A DNA stretch of 60,778 nt. Origin: a virus. Lineage: Duplodnaviria; Caudoviricetes. The position numbers and the translations under genes were made by a program. The DNA lies in IMG/VR virus record IMGVR_UViG_3300005529_000041, positions 1 to 60,778 of that record; one strand, 5' to 3'. The notes beneath the pieces were generated by a model. That model was not told the DNA's origin, made no database searches, and worked only from the letters and a program-made list of their open reading frames with translations. This document shows, in pieces, positions 17,857-25,854 of this stretch (position 1 is the first letter of the stretch; each line of letters begins with the position of its first letter).

Positions 17857-18540
17857 ATGAAAGCGCGAATTGTAGCCTACATGCAGAAGCATCGCCGAGG
17901 GTTCATCATGCTCGCGGCATTGGCTGGGGCGATGGCCATCGTCACGGTGGTCGGCACCAGCAAGTCGCACGCAGGGACGAGCTGGACCGGCTGTGGTGCT
18001 GGCGTGCACGGCGGCCTGATGGAAGGCGCCGTCAACCAGGGCCCGATCGACATCGGCTCGAGCGGCCAGACGGCTGGCGTGAGCGTGTTCTGCGACTATC
18101 AGATGGCGGCGCTCGTTGCCGGCCTGTTCGTGGATGCCGATCGCGTGTGGGGCGATCTGCATACCCTCGGCGCCAACTACGATCTGAGCGTCGGCGGCCG
18201 GCTCGGCATCCTGCCATCGCAGAACGCTCTCATCTACGGCCACAGCGAATGGACCCGCTTCTACACGACGGGGTTCCTCAACCAGGACGTTGACGCTTGG
18301 GGCGTCGGCGGCGGCATCGAGGTCAAGATTAAGGGCACGCCGGCCAGCGTCGATCTGCGCTACACCCACCAGTTCGTGGACAACAAGAACATCGCTCCCG
18401 GCGCTGACATTCGAGGCGACCAGATCCGCCTCGGCGTGAACTTCAAGATCGGCCCCAACCTGCAGCCGCAAATCTTCGACGACAGCCCGGAGCCTGTCCC
18501 GGCCTGCGATCCGAAGCTCGCCAACTGCAAGAAGCGGTAA
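17857..18540 (+). CDS. Outer-membrane beta-barrel protein (Omp25/RopB-like)
   Basis: Signal peptide ending SHA; SWTG.GAGVHGG, GGRLG, WGVGGGIE, RLGVNFK amphipathic strands. Confidence 0.85.
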   Translation: MKARIVAYMQKHRRGFIMLAALAGAMAIVTVVGTSKSHAGTSWTGCGAGVHGGLMEGAVNQGPIDIGSSGQTAGVSVFCDYQMAALVAGLFVDADRVWGDLHTLGANYDLSVGGRLGILPSQNALIYGHSEWTRFYTTGFLNQDVDAWGVGGGIEVKIKGTPASVDLRYTHQFVDNKNIAPGADIRGDQIRLGVNFKIGPNLQPQIFDDSPEPVPACDPKLANCKKR

Positions 18541-18547
18541 CACCCAT

Positions 18548-18666
18548 CCCGGCGTCGGAACCCCTGAACCTTGTCAGAGCTCGCCATCTCCACGGCGTGG
18601 TGTCTTCCTCCCAAAGGGCTCCAAGGCTTAGAGGCACGTCAGAGCGTAGGCTGTTCCGGCGCCGGG
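18548..18666 (+). other. Long intergenic stem-loop
   Basis: CCCGGCGTCGGAAC / GTTCCGGCGCCGGG 14-bp stem (one G-U pair) with inner pairings. Confidence 0.5.
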
Positions 18667-18690
18667 TCAATTTCTGAAGGTTTCGCAGCA

Positions 18691-18930
18691 ATGAGAATGT
18701 CCGACGCCAAGATCGCCCAGCTTGAGAAGCAGCTCGCCGACACCGACAAGCTCGCCGTCTACCAGGACACCAGGATCAAGTACCTGGAGGCGAAGCTAGC
18801 AAGAAAGGTCGGCGGCTACGTTCTGCATCGCGACGACATCACCGAGCTGGCCGCCATCTTTGACGAAACCAAAAGCATGAGGCTGGAAAGGTTCCTGGAT
18901 GAGCTGGAGCCGAGATGGAGGACGGAATGA
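18691..18930 (+). CDS. Hypothetical coiled-coil protein
   Basis: ORF with phage-typical codon usage. Confidence 0.65.
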   Translation: MRMSDAKIAQLEKQLADTDKLAVYQDTRIKYLEAKLARKVGGYVLHRDDITELAAIFDETKSMRLERFLDELEPRWRTE

Positions 18931-19535
18931 GCAACATTCTTCCGACGTTGCGCTATCTGTGGTTGACGATCCGCCACAAGACGTTTGTCTTCCGCGCCGG
19001 CCTTAAGACGCGCGCTCCGTTGTGGCGCTTGATTATCCATGATTGGAGCAAGTTCACGCCCGCCGAGGCGCCGCACTACGGGCGGCAGTTCTTTGGTTCG
19101 AAGGATGATCCTGACGGTTTCGCCCGCGCGTGGCTGCATCACCAGAACGTCAACCCGCACCACTGGGAATACTGGATCAGCCGCACCGGCCATGATCGCG
19201 CCTCGCATCTCAAGGGCGCTCTGCGCATGCCGATGTGGGCCGTGCGCGAGATGGTGGCCGACTGGATGGGAGCCTCGCGTGCTTACGGCGGCGAATGGCC
19301 GCGCGACTGGCAGTCGTGGGAGTGGTTGCAGGACAATCTTCGCAGCAAGGTGCTTCCGCGCGTGCACCCTGAGACGCGACAGGACATCCTCGACGTTCTG
19401 AGTGGCGTGCTTGGCACCTGCCGGTCGTGCCACGGCAACGGATACGCGACCACGGCAGGCGGCTCGTTCATTTACGAGCTGGATTGCCCCGACTGCATCG
19501 GCGAACCAGCATTGAAAAGAGAGGCCGTAGCATGA
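18927..19535 (+). CDS. DUF5662-like HD-related metal-binding protein
   Basis: RHK..V, IHDWSK, AWLHH...NPHHWEYW, EMVADW; C-terminal CxxC..CxxC. Confidence 0.75.
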   Translation: MSNILPTLRYLWLTIRHKTFVFRAGLKTRAPLWRLIIHDWSKFTPAEAPHYGRQFFGSKDDPDGFARAWLHHQNVNPHHWEYWISRTGHDRASHLKGALRMPMWAVREMVADWMGASRAYGGEWPRDWQSWEWLQDNLRSKVLPRVHPETRQDILDVLSGVLGTCRSCHGNGYATTAGGSFIYELDCPDCIGEPALKREAVA

Positions 19536-19729
19536 AGCGCCCCAGCACCATCGAAGTCCTGCGCCGCCAGCTCAACACCGCCCGCCAGCGCATCCAGTAC
19601 CTCGAGGCCCAGCTCGACCATGCCCTAATCAAGCTGGAGGCCATCGAGGAGGAATCCCGCATCAAGGCGCAGACCGAGCACGCGCTTGCGCGTCGTCGCT
19701 CTTATGGAAACGGATACCTTGCGTCATGA
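19532..19729 (+). CDS. Hypothetical coiled-coil protein
   Basis: Coupled ORF. Confidence 0.6.
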   Translation: MKRPSTIEVLRRQLNTARQRIQYLEAQLDHALIKLEAIEEESRIKAQTEHALARRRSYGNGYLAS

Positions 19730-20265
19730 GAACCACCCTGATCACCCTAGCCCTGATCGTCGCCCCATTCAGCGTGGCGATGGGCCAGCCTGAATCCCAA
19801 TACTGGGCCACCCACAGGCGCTGCTATCGCCACGTCGATAGCTGGGGAGCTGTATCGTATCCATGTGTGAGATGGAGATCTCCGGTCAGGTACTACGCGC
19901 CGCCGCGACGGGACTGGGATGAGGAGCGATGGGAGCGCAGAGACCCAGCCCTCGAGCGAGGGGAGCATTGCAAGGGTTCTCCCGTCCGCGTCGTCGGCGA
20001 GCTCCACGTCACCAAGGAGGGCGCCCTCAACGCCGCCGTCCGGCAGTGGCAGGCAACCGTTCGCTATGACGAAGGCGAAAAGTTCATGGATATCGAGAAC
20101 GCACGCGGCTATCGCTGGCGTTGTGATCGAGCGTCCACGAATGAAACCACGCTCGGCAAGATCGGCGAGACGGTTGGCGCCGGCAGCGGCTTTCAGAAAC
20201 GCTGTGTAGTGCTGGCTACTCCATGTCGGATGCCCGTGCTGCGCGGAGACAGGGACGAGCGATGA
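19726..20265 (+). CDS. Secreted Cys-containing hypothetical protein
   Basis: Signal peptide MRTTLITLALIVAPFSVAMG; six Cys. Confidence 0.7.
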   Translation: MRTTLITLALIVAPFSVAMGQPESQYWATHRRCYRHVDSWGAVSYPCVRWRSPVRYYAPPRRDWDEERWERRDPALERGEHCKGSPVRVVGELHVTKEGALNAAVRQWQATVRYDEGEKFMDIENARGYRWRCDRASTNETTLGKIGETVGAGSGFQKRCVVLATPCRMPVLRGDRDER

Positions 20266-21260
20266 GCCGCCGCAAGTCCAAGAAACCGACCGTTTCCTCT
20301 TTCGCCATCCTGAAGGCGGCGCTCCGCTCCTATTGGGAAGGCGATAAAGGCTATGACGCGGCCGACAACTCCCGCAAGTGCTACGATCTCGCCATCGAAA
20401 CGATGCGGGAAAGGCTGGAGTCGTTTCGGCGAGAGGATATCGGCCCACATAGGCTATACCTGGGGGACTGCAGGAAGATTGCCCCGCTGCTTCCGCAGGT
20501 CGATATGATCTTTACCGACCCTCCTTATGGCCATAATAACAACAACGACGGGGATTTGATCCACAATTGGGAGCGCGCCCTAGCGCGGCCTCTCGATTGT
20601 GGATCAAATCCCCGTCCAATCGCCAATGATGGGGCAGAGGAAGCGCAGGCTCTCGCGAATTGGCTCTTTGAGGCGGCGCCCAAGCTGCTAGCCCAGGGAG
20701 GCTGCTGCTGCTGCTGCGGCGGCGGCGGCGGCCCCGATCCGCAGTTTGCACGTTGGTCGCTGGAGATGGACCGCCATCTGGACTTCAAGCAGATGGTCGT
20801 ATGGGACAAGGGCCCGATGGGCATGGGCTGGCATTACCGCCGGTCCTACGAGACTGTGCTTGTGGGCCAGAAGCGCGGCGGCGCATGCAAATGGTACGAC
20901 GAAACGGACAGGATCGAGAATGTCATCCGGCCCGGATACCTCGGCATCCGCAAAGTTATCCCACAGGCGAGGGATCATCCAACTCCCAAGCCGCCCGAGC
21001 TGGCGCGGCACTTCATCCGCTTGCACACGAAGCCCAGAGAGTTAGTGCTTGATCCATTCACGGGAGGCGGTTCAACGGGCGTTGCCGCCGTTCTTGAGGG
21101 GCGCCGTTTCGTCGGCATTGAGATCGATCCGCAATGGTTCGATCTGGCCTGCCGCCGCATCGAAGAAGTCACCAAGCAATCCGATCTCTTCATAGAGCCA
21201 CCAAAGGATGAGCCGTCCCCGCAGCAGCTTGGCCTACTGGAGGTCGCCGAGAATGGCTAG
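20262..21260 (+). CDS. DNA N6-A/N4-C methyltransferase (beta class), orphan
   Basis: LYLGDC, TDPPY, HPTPKP, LDPFTGGGSTG, GIEID; no cognate restriction enzyme. Confidence 0.95.
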   Translation: MSRRKSKKPTVSSFAILKAALRSYWEGDKGYDAADNSRKCYDLAIETMRERLESFRREDIGPHRLYLGDCRKIAPLLPQVDMIFTDPPYGHNNNNDGDLIHNWERALARPLDCGSNPRPIANDGAEEAQALANWLFEAAPKLLAQGGCCCCCGGGGGPDPQFARWSLEMDRHLDFKQMVVWDKGPMGMGWHYRRSYETVLVGQKRGGACKWYDETDRIENVIRPGYLGIRKVIPQARDHPTPKPPELARHFIRLHTKPRELVLDPFTGGGSTGVAAVLEGRRFVGIEIDPQWFDLACRRIEEVTKQSDLFIEPPKDEPSPQQLGLLEVAENG

Positions 21261-21621
21261 ACGCAAGCGCCAGCAAGGACCATCGCCAGAAGAGCTGGAG
21301 GCCAAAGCCGACGCCATCCTGGCGCAGGCCGACCGCGACATGATCAAGGCAATGGCTGAGAACGTCCAAGCTCTCTGCGACGGCTTCGCTCAACTGAAGC
21401 TGCCCAGCAATGACCCGGAATACCTCAAGACCCTGCAGACCAGCGAGGCCCGCAGGAATGCCATCGCCAACCAGATCGCCACCGTCCACGTCGTCCCCGA
21501 TGGCGGTGAGACCTGGATCGGCGTCAGCATCAACAACAGGCGCGACCATGCCGCAGCATTAGAGGTTGCCCGCCAGATGGGCGAGCACTTCGAGGCGAAG
21601 GTGATCACCCATGAGGCTTAG
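21253..21621 (+). CDS. Hypothetical protein
   Basis: GGAGG RBS; overlaps the MTase stop region. Confidence 0.65.
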   Translation: MARRKRQQGPSPEELEAKADAILAQADRDMIKAMAENVQALCDGFAQLKLPSNDPEYLKTLQTSEARRNAIANQIATVHVVPDGGETWIGVSINNRRDHAAALEVARQMGEHFEAKVITHEA

Positions 21622-21757
21622 CGGCATCTACATCAAGGGCTGGAAGATCGACAAGGACGGCAACTTTGTCCCCAATCGGAAGCGCCTCGACGTGTCCACG
21701 CGTCTCAAGCAGAAGAACTCTAAGCGCGTGCGCGTCGTCAAACGCAGGACTGCATGA
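21611..21757 (+). CDS. Small basic protein
   Basis: MRLSGIYIKGWKIDKDGNFVPNRKR...; ATGA coupling to the NusG-like gene. Confidence 0.55.
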   Translation: MRLSGIYIKGWKIDKDGNFVPNRKRLDVSTRLKQKNSKRVRVVKRRTA

Positions 21758-22281
21758 GCCAGATCAAGTGGGTCGTCCTCCGCACCCAGCCCATCCATCG
21801 CTGCGAGTTCAAGGTGCTCCACCGCATCACCCAGGCGGAGTACCCCGCTATGCTGCCGTGCGAAGTCGTCTACAAGAAGGAGCCCGGCAAGCGCCACCAT
21901 GTCCAATCCCGCTATGCCCTGTTCCCCACCTACGTTTTCGCCGGCCTGACGGATATTGGCCGCGATTACGACAGTTTGCGCGACAACATTCCCGAGATCA
22001 AAGGCATACTGTCCAGGAGTCGGGCACAATGGTCGCCCTATGTGCTCAGCGAGCCCGAGGTCGAATTCATCAAGAAGCGGGTGGATGAATCCACTGCAAT
22101 GACGGCCGTCGACTTCCACAAGGCTCTGAAGATCGGCAAAACCGTCGAGGTTTCAGTCGGCGGAACCGTTCAGACCACCAAGATCGATGCCATCACAAAA
22201 AAGGGTATCAGGGCCATGCTGCAAATGTTCGGCGCCATGCATGTCATCGAGGTTCCATTCTCGGCGGTGAAGGCCGCCTAG
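21754..22281 (+). CDS. NusG-family antiterminator (NGN + KOW), probable late-gene regulator
   Basis: WVVLRTQP, LFPTYVF, KIGKTVEV..G, MFG...IEVPFSAV; sits at the lambda Q position. Confidence 0.85.
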   Translation: MSQIKWVVLRTQPIHRCEFKVLHRITQAEYPAMLPCEVVYKKEPGKRHHVQSRYALFPTYVFAGLTDIGRDYDSLRDNIPEIKGILSRSRAQWSPYVLSEPEVEFIKKRVDESTAMTAVDFHKALKIGKTVEVSVGGTVQTTKIDAITKKGIRAMLQMFGAMHVIEVPFSAVKAA

Positions 22282-22486
22282 CCACACCGGAAAAAATCCG
22301 CACATAGCGATAAGATTTTGCTTGCGTACAGTTGCGAACCATGAGACAGACTGCAATGTCAAAGTCGTGGCGGTGGCGTTGGTCGCATCGGCGTGCTGGC
22401 CTCTCCCATTGCCCATAAGCCGGGAGCCAAGGTGCCAGGGCCGCCATTCGAGGCGAAGCCCGAAGAGTGACCTGAGTAATCCCCAA

Positions 22487-22702
22487 ATGGCCAATCCCGC
22501 AGTATCCCAGCCTGACGACGATCCGGACGACGCGATTTCCGGAGCTAGGCTTTTCATGGCCATCCGCCCGAGCATGCTGGCGGACATCGAAGACTTCAGA
22601 TTTGCAAACAGATACAAGTCACAAAGCGCTGCCGTTCGCAAACTGTTGGAGCTTGGACTGCGCACCGCAGCTTGGGAAGCGCAGAAAAAGCCCAAGGCAT
22701 GA
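22487..22702 (+). CDS. Ribbon-helix-helix protein
   Basis: LADIEDFRFANRYKSQSAAVRKLLELGL. Confidence 0.75.
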   Translation: MANPAVSQPDDDPDDAISGARLFMAIRPSMLADIEDFRFANRYKSQSAAVRKLLELGLRTAAWEAQKKPKA

Positions 22703-22767
22703 TTTGCAACGAAAGTCAAGATGGAAACGCAGTCACACGCTCCCCAGTCCCGGTAGAGTTGGGAGCC

Positions 22768-22856
22768 CAATGCCGCCCGCTCGTAAAAGAGCGGACTGAT
22801 GAGCCTAAAGGCGAAACGCGAAAGCGTCTCTTAGGCCCTCCCTAGGGCGGTGGTTG
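22768..22856 (+). ncRNA. Hammerhead ribozyme (type I) with a four-way junction on stem I
   Basis: CTGATGA(22796-22802)-GCC TAAA GGC-GAAA-CGC GAAA GCG-TC^(22828); stem I GGA/TCT; outer helix 22768-22778/22845-22856. Confidence 0.88.
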
Positions 22857-22915
22857 TATGGAGGGGCAGGCCGGGGCGTTGTTTCACGTGCAACATAGGT
22901 AAGCTATCCTGACCC

Positions 22916-23101
22916 ATGCCTGCCCGCGAGATCATAGGCTATACATTGGCGCTAGCCGGCCTAGGATGCGCCGTGACGGCCGCCGCGCTTCAGGGTGGGG
23001 CTGTGGCAGCCTGGGGCGCCGCTGGCGCTGGACTGACTTCCCTGGCGGCTGTGATGGGGTACTCGGCGCGGACGCTGGCTCAACCAACGGTGACGAAATG
23101 A
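22916..23101 (+). CDS. Small two-TM membrane protein
   Basis: Two hydrophobic helices; first ORF after the ribozyme. Confidence 0.6.
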   Translation: MPAREIIGYTLALAGLGCAVTAAALQGGAVAAWGAAGAGLTSLAAVMGYSARTLAQPTVTK

Positions 23102-23391
23102 CGATCGGGTACACCTGTGGGTGCACATCTGAGACTTGCCGCCAGCACGGCTGTCAGGCCATGAAGCAGCAAGGCATCGGCGGGGGCGGTGGCGGAACTG
23201 GCGGAACTCGCGGCTGGATTTGCCCGCAGTGCGGGGCTGGCGTTTCCCCTTTCACTGATCGGTGCCCATGCACGGTGCGACCGCCTATGCACCCAAGCGT
23301 GGGCACGGGGACGATAACCGTTCCATTCGCTCCATCAACCAGCATAATATCTGGCGGGGCGGGCGGTGGCTTGGGCAGCACGCTCACCTGA
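23098..23391 (+). CDS. Cys/Gly-rich Zn-ribbon protein
   Basis: GWICPQCGAGVSPFTDRCPC; ATGA coupling. Confidence 0.65.
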   Translation: MTIGYTCGCTSETCRQHGCQAMKQQGIGGGGGGTGGTRGWICPQCGAGVSPFTDRCPCTVRPPMHPSVGTGTITVPFAPSTSIISGGAGGGLGSTLT

Positions 23392-23511
23392 AGCATGACG
23401 GCCCCGGTGCCCTCATCGGGCTACCGAAGCCGTTACATTGCGCACGACGCACTACCAACGCTAACGCAACTCATCACGAAGTGCAATATCCCGTAACATT
23501 GTGACTCAAGT

Positions 23512-23949
23512 ATGGCTGAGACCGATCTCGATCCTCAAGAAACCGCCTTTGTCGCGGCCTATCTTGAGACCACAAACGCCTCAGAATCCTATCGCCGCTG
23601 CAATCCGAAGGCCAAGAAGTGGAAGCCGCAGGCCGTCCACGTCGAGGCATCGAGAATGCTGGCGCGCCCTAATGTGCGCCTAAGGCTTGCAGCTTTGCAG
23701 GCTAAGGTCGAAGAGAAGGGCTTGTTATCATTGGAAGAACACATGGAGGAGCTTAGGAACCTCCGTGAGCTCGCCAAGACCAACGGCCAGCTGAGCGCCG
23801 CTATCCAAGCCGAAGTGAAACGTGGCGAGCTGCGCCGGTTCTACGTGAAGCAGGTCGAGAGCGGCCAAGCTGGCGAGTTCTCCCGGATGAGCGACGAGGA
23901 GCTTGATGCGTTCCTGAACGATGAAGAATTGCCGGTCGTCACGCACTGA
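23512..23949 (+). CDS. terS: Terminase small subunit
   Basis: QETAFVAAYL...NASESYRR...ASRML..PNV; immediately upstream of terL. Confidence 0.85.
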   Translation: MAETDLDPQETAFVAAYLETTNASESYRRCNPKAKKWKPQAVHVEASRMLARPNVRLRLAALQAKVEEKGLLSLEEHMEELRNLRELAKTNGQLSAAIQAEVKRGELRRFYVKQVESGQAGEFSRMSDEELDAFLNDEELPVVTH

Positions 23950-23952
23950 CGC

Positions 23953-25617
23953 ATGCACATCCGTTCCGCTGGGCGCCTGCTGAAAGAGCGCAAGGCCGCC
24001 GCCAAATGGGAAAAGCTGCTTCGGGAGGAAAGGAAACGCCAAGCGGACCTTGATGGTGGCCTGCTCCACTTCGTCCGCTACTTCTGGCATGTGCTCGAGC
24101 CCAGCAAGGAACTGGTAGAAGGCTGGGTGCTCCATGCGATCTGCGCCCATCTCGAGGCCGTAACGCGGGGCGAGATCAACCGGCTTCTGATCAATGTTCC
24201 GCCGGGCTTCATGAAGAGCATGCTGGTCAATGTTTTCTGGCCAGCATGGGAATGGTCGGCGGCCGGCCTGCCAAGCATCCGCTACGTGACGTTTTCATAT
24301 GCAGCGCATCTCACAGAGAGGGACAACGGCAAGTTTCGCGATCTGCTGCGCTCCAGAGAGTTTCACGAACTCTGGGGCCACGCCGTCACGCTGACGGAGG
24401 ATGGCAAGATCAGGGTGGCCAACGATGCCACAGGCTGGAAATTTGCATCCTCAGTCAAGGGCGTCGGCACGGGTGAGCGCGGCGATCGCGTAATCCTCGA
24501 TGACCCGCACAACGTCAAGGAAGGTGAAAGCGAGGCCGTCAGGTCGGAGACGGTTCGCTGGGTGCGGGAAGGCATGTCCAACCGCCTCAATGACATGGAG
24601 ACCGGCGTTATTGTATGCATTATGCAGCGTGTCCATGAGGAGGACGTTTCCAACGCGCTGATCGCCGATGATCTTGGCTATGTGCACCTGATGGTGCCGA
24701 TGGAGTTCGACCCGGCAAGGCGTTGCGGAACCGCGATCGGCTGGGAAGACCCGCGGGAAGACGACGGCGAGCTGGCTTGGCCTGAGCGTTTTTCCCCATC
24801 GGCGGTTGCCCAACTCAAGCGCACGCTAGGACCATACGCCTATTCCGGCCAGTATCAGCAGTCGCCAGAACCCCGCGGCGGCGGCATCATCAAGCGAGCA
24901 TGGTGGGGTACTTACGAGCTCGCGATCGGCGCCAAGCCAAAGCACAGGCCAGAGTTCGTCGTTGCTTCTCTTGATCCGGCCTTCACAGCCAAGCAGGAGA
25001 ACGACCCGAGCGGCTTCGTGATCCTCGGCATCTATCGGACCGAAAATGGTCAGCCGCGCATTCTGTTGATGCATGCATGGAAGAAGTGGCTGGAGCTTCA
25101 CGGCCAAACCCAGGATCGAGACCCCAAGGAAACCAATGTTGCCTTTCTGAGGCGAACCCAGCCGCATTGGGGTCTCGTCGAGCAAGTGGCGCACGATTGC
25201 ACGCGGTTGCGCGTCGACAGGCTACTGATCGAGGATAAGGCTTCCGGTCATTCAGTGGCCCAGGAGATCAGGCGGCTCTATTCGGATCGCGACTGGGGCG
25301 TGCAGCTCGTCAATCCAGGTTCACTGGACAAGAGGGCCAGAGCTTACGCCATTCAGCATCTCTTTGCTGATGGCCTGATCGAAGCGCCCTACGACGACAA
25401 GTCGGGCCAATTCCGCGAATGGGCGCAGATGGTCATTGACGAGGCAGCGAAGTTCCGCGGCCTGCCAGGAGATGAAGACAACCTTGTCGATGCTCTCACG
25501 CAGGGCCTGAAATACCTGCGGGACAACAACCTGATCGTGCGCCGCGAAGAGCGCGAATACAACGAGCGTGAATCCATGCTGCATCGTACGAAGCGTGAGC
25601 CGCTTTATCCAGTATAG
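23953..25617 (+). CDS. terL: Terminase large subunit
   Basis: LLINVPPGFMKS, ILDDPH, MQRVHEED, GQYQQ.P, SLDPA, IEDKASG, DNLVDALTQ. Confidence 0.95.
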   Translation: MHIRSAGRLLKERKAAAKWEKLLREERKRQADLDGGLLHFVRYFWHVLEPSKELVEGWVLHAICAHLEAVTRGEINRLLINVPPGFMKSMLVNVFWPAWEWSAAGLPSIRYVTFSYAAHLTERDNGKFRDLLRSREFHELWGHAVTLTEDGKIRVANDATGWKFASSVKGVGTGERGDRVILDDPHNVKEGESEAVRSETVRWVREGMSNRLNDMETGVIVCIMQRVHEEDVSNALIADDLGYVHLMVPMEFDPARRCGTAIGWEDPREDDGELAWPERFSPSAVAQLKRTLGPYAYSGQYQQSPEPRGGGIIKRAWWGTYELAIGAKPKHRPEFVVASLDPAFTAKQENDPSGFVILGIYRTENGQPRILLMHAWKKWLELHGQTQDRDPKETNVAFLRRTQPHWGLVEQVAHDCTRLRVDRLLIEDKASGHSVAQEIRRLYSDRDWGVQLVNPGSLDKRARAYAIQHLFADGLIEAPYDDKSGQFREWAQMVIDEAAKFRGLPGDEDNLVDALTQGLKYLRDNNLIVRREEREYNERESMLHRTKREPLYPV

Positions 25618-25626
25618 GGAGCATTC

Positions 25627-25854
25627 ATGGCAGCAGACAGCAAGAACCAGCATTCCTGGCCCACCGGCTCCGATATCGTCGGCTCCGTCCAGCGCGGCCT
25701 CATGGAGCTCGTCTCCTATCTCAGCCAGCCGGTCGGCGACATCAATGTCGATGCCGCCTTGAAGCAGATGGACGACATGGCGTGGCGGCTATCGCATCTG
25801 CGGACGCAGCCGCCGGCCGAGGAAGCCAAGCAGGGTGAAGCGCGGGCGCATTGA
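25627..25854 (+). CDS. Hypothetical protein
   Basis: GGGAG RBS; between terL and portal. Confidence 0.7.
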   Translation: MAADSKNQHSWPTGSDIVGSVQRGLMELVSYLSQPVGDINVDAALKQMDDMAWRLSHLRTQPPAEEAKQGEARAH

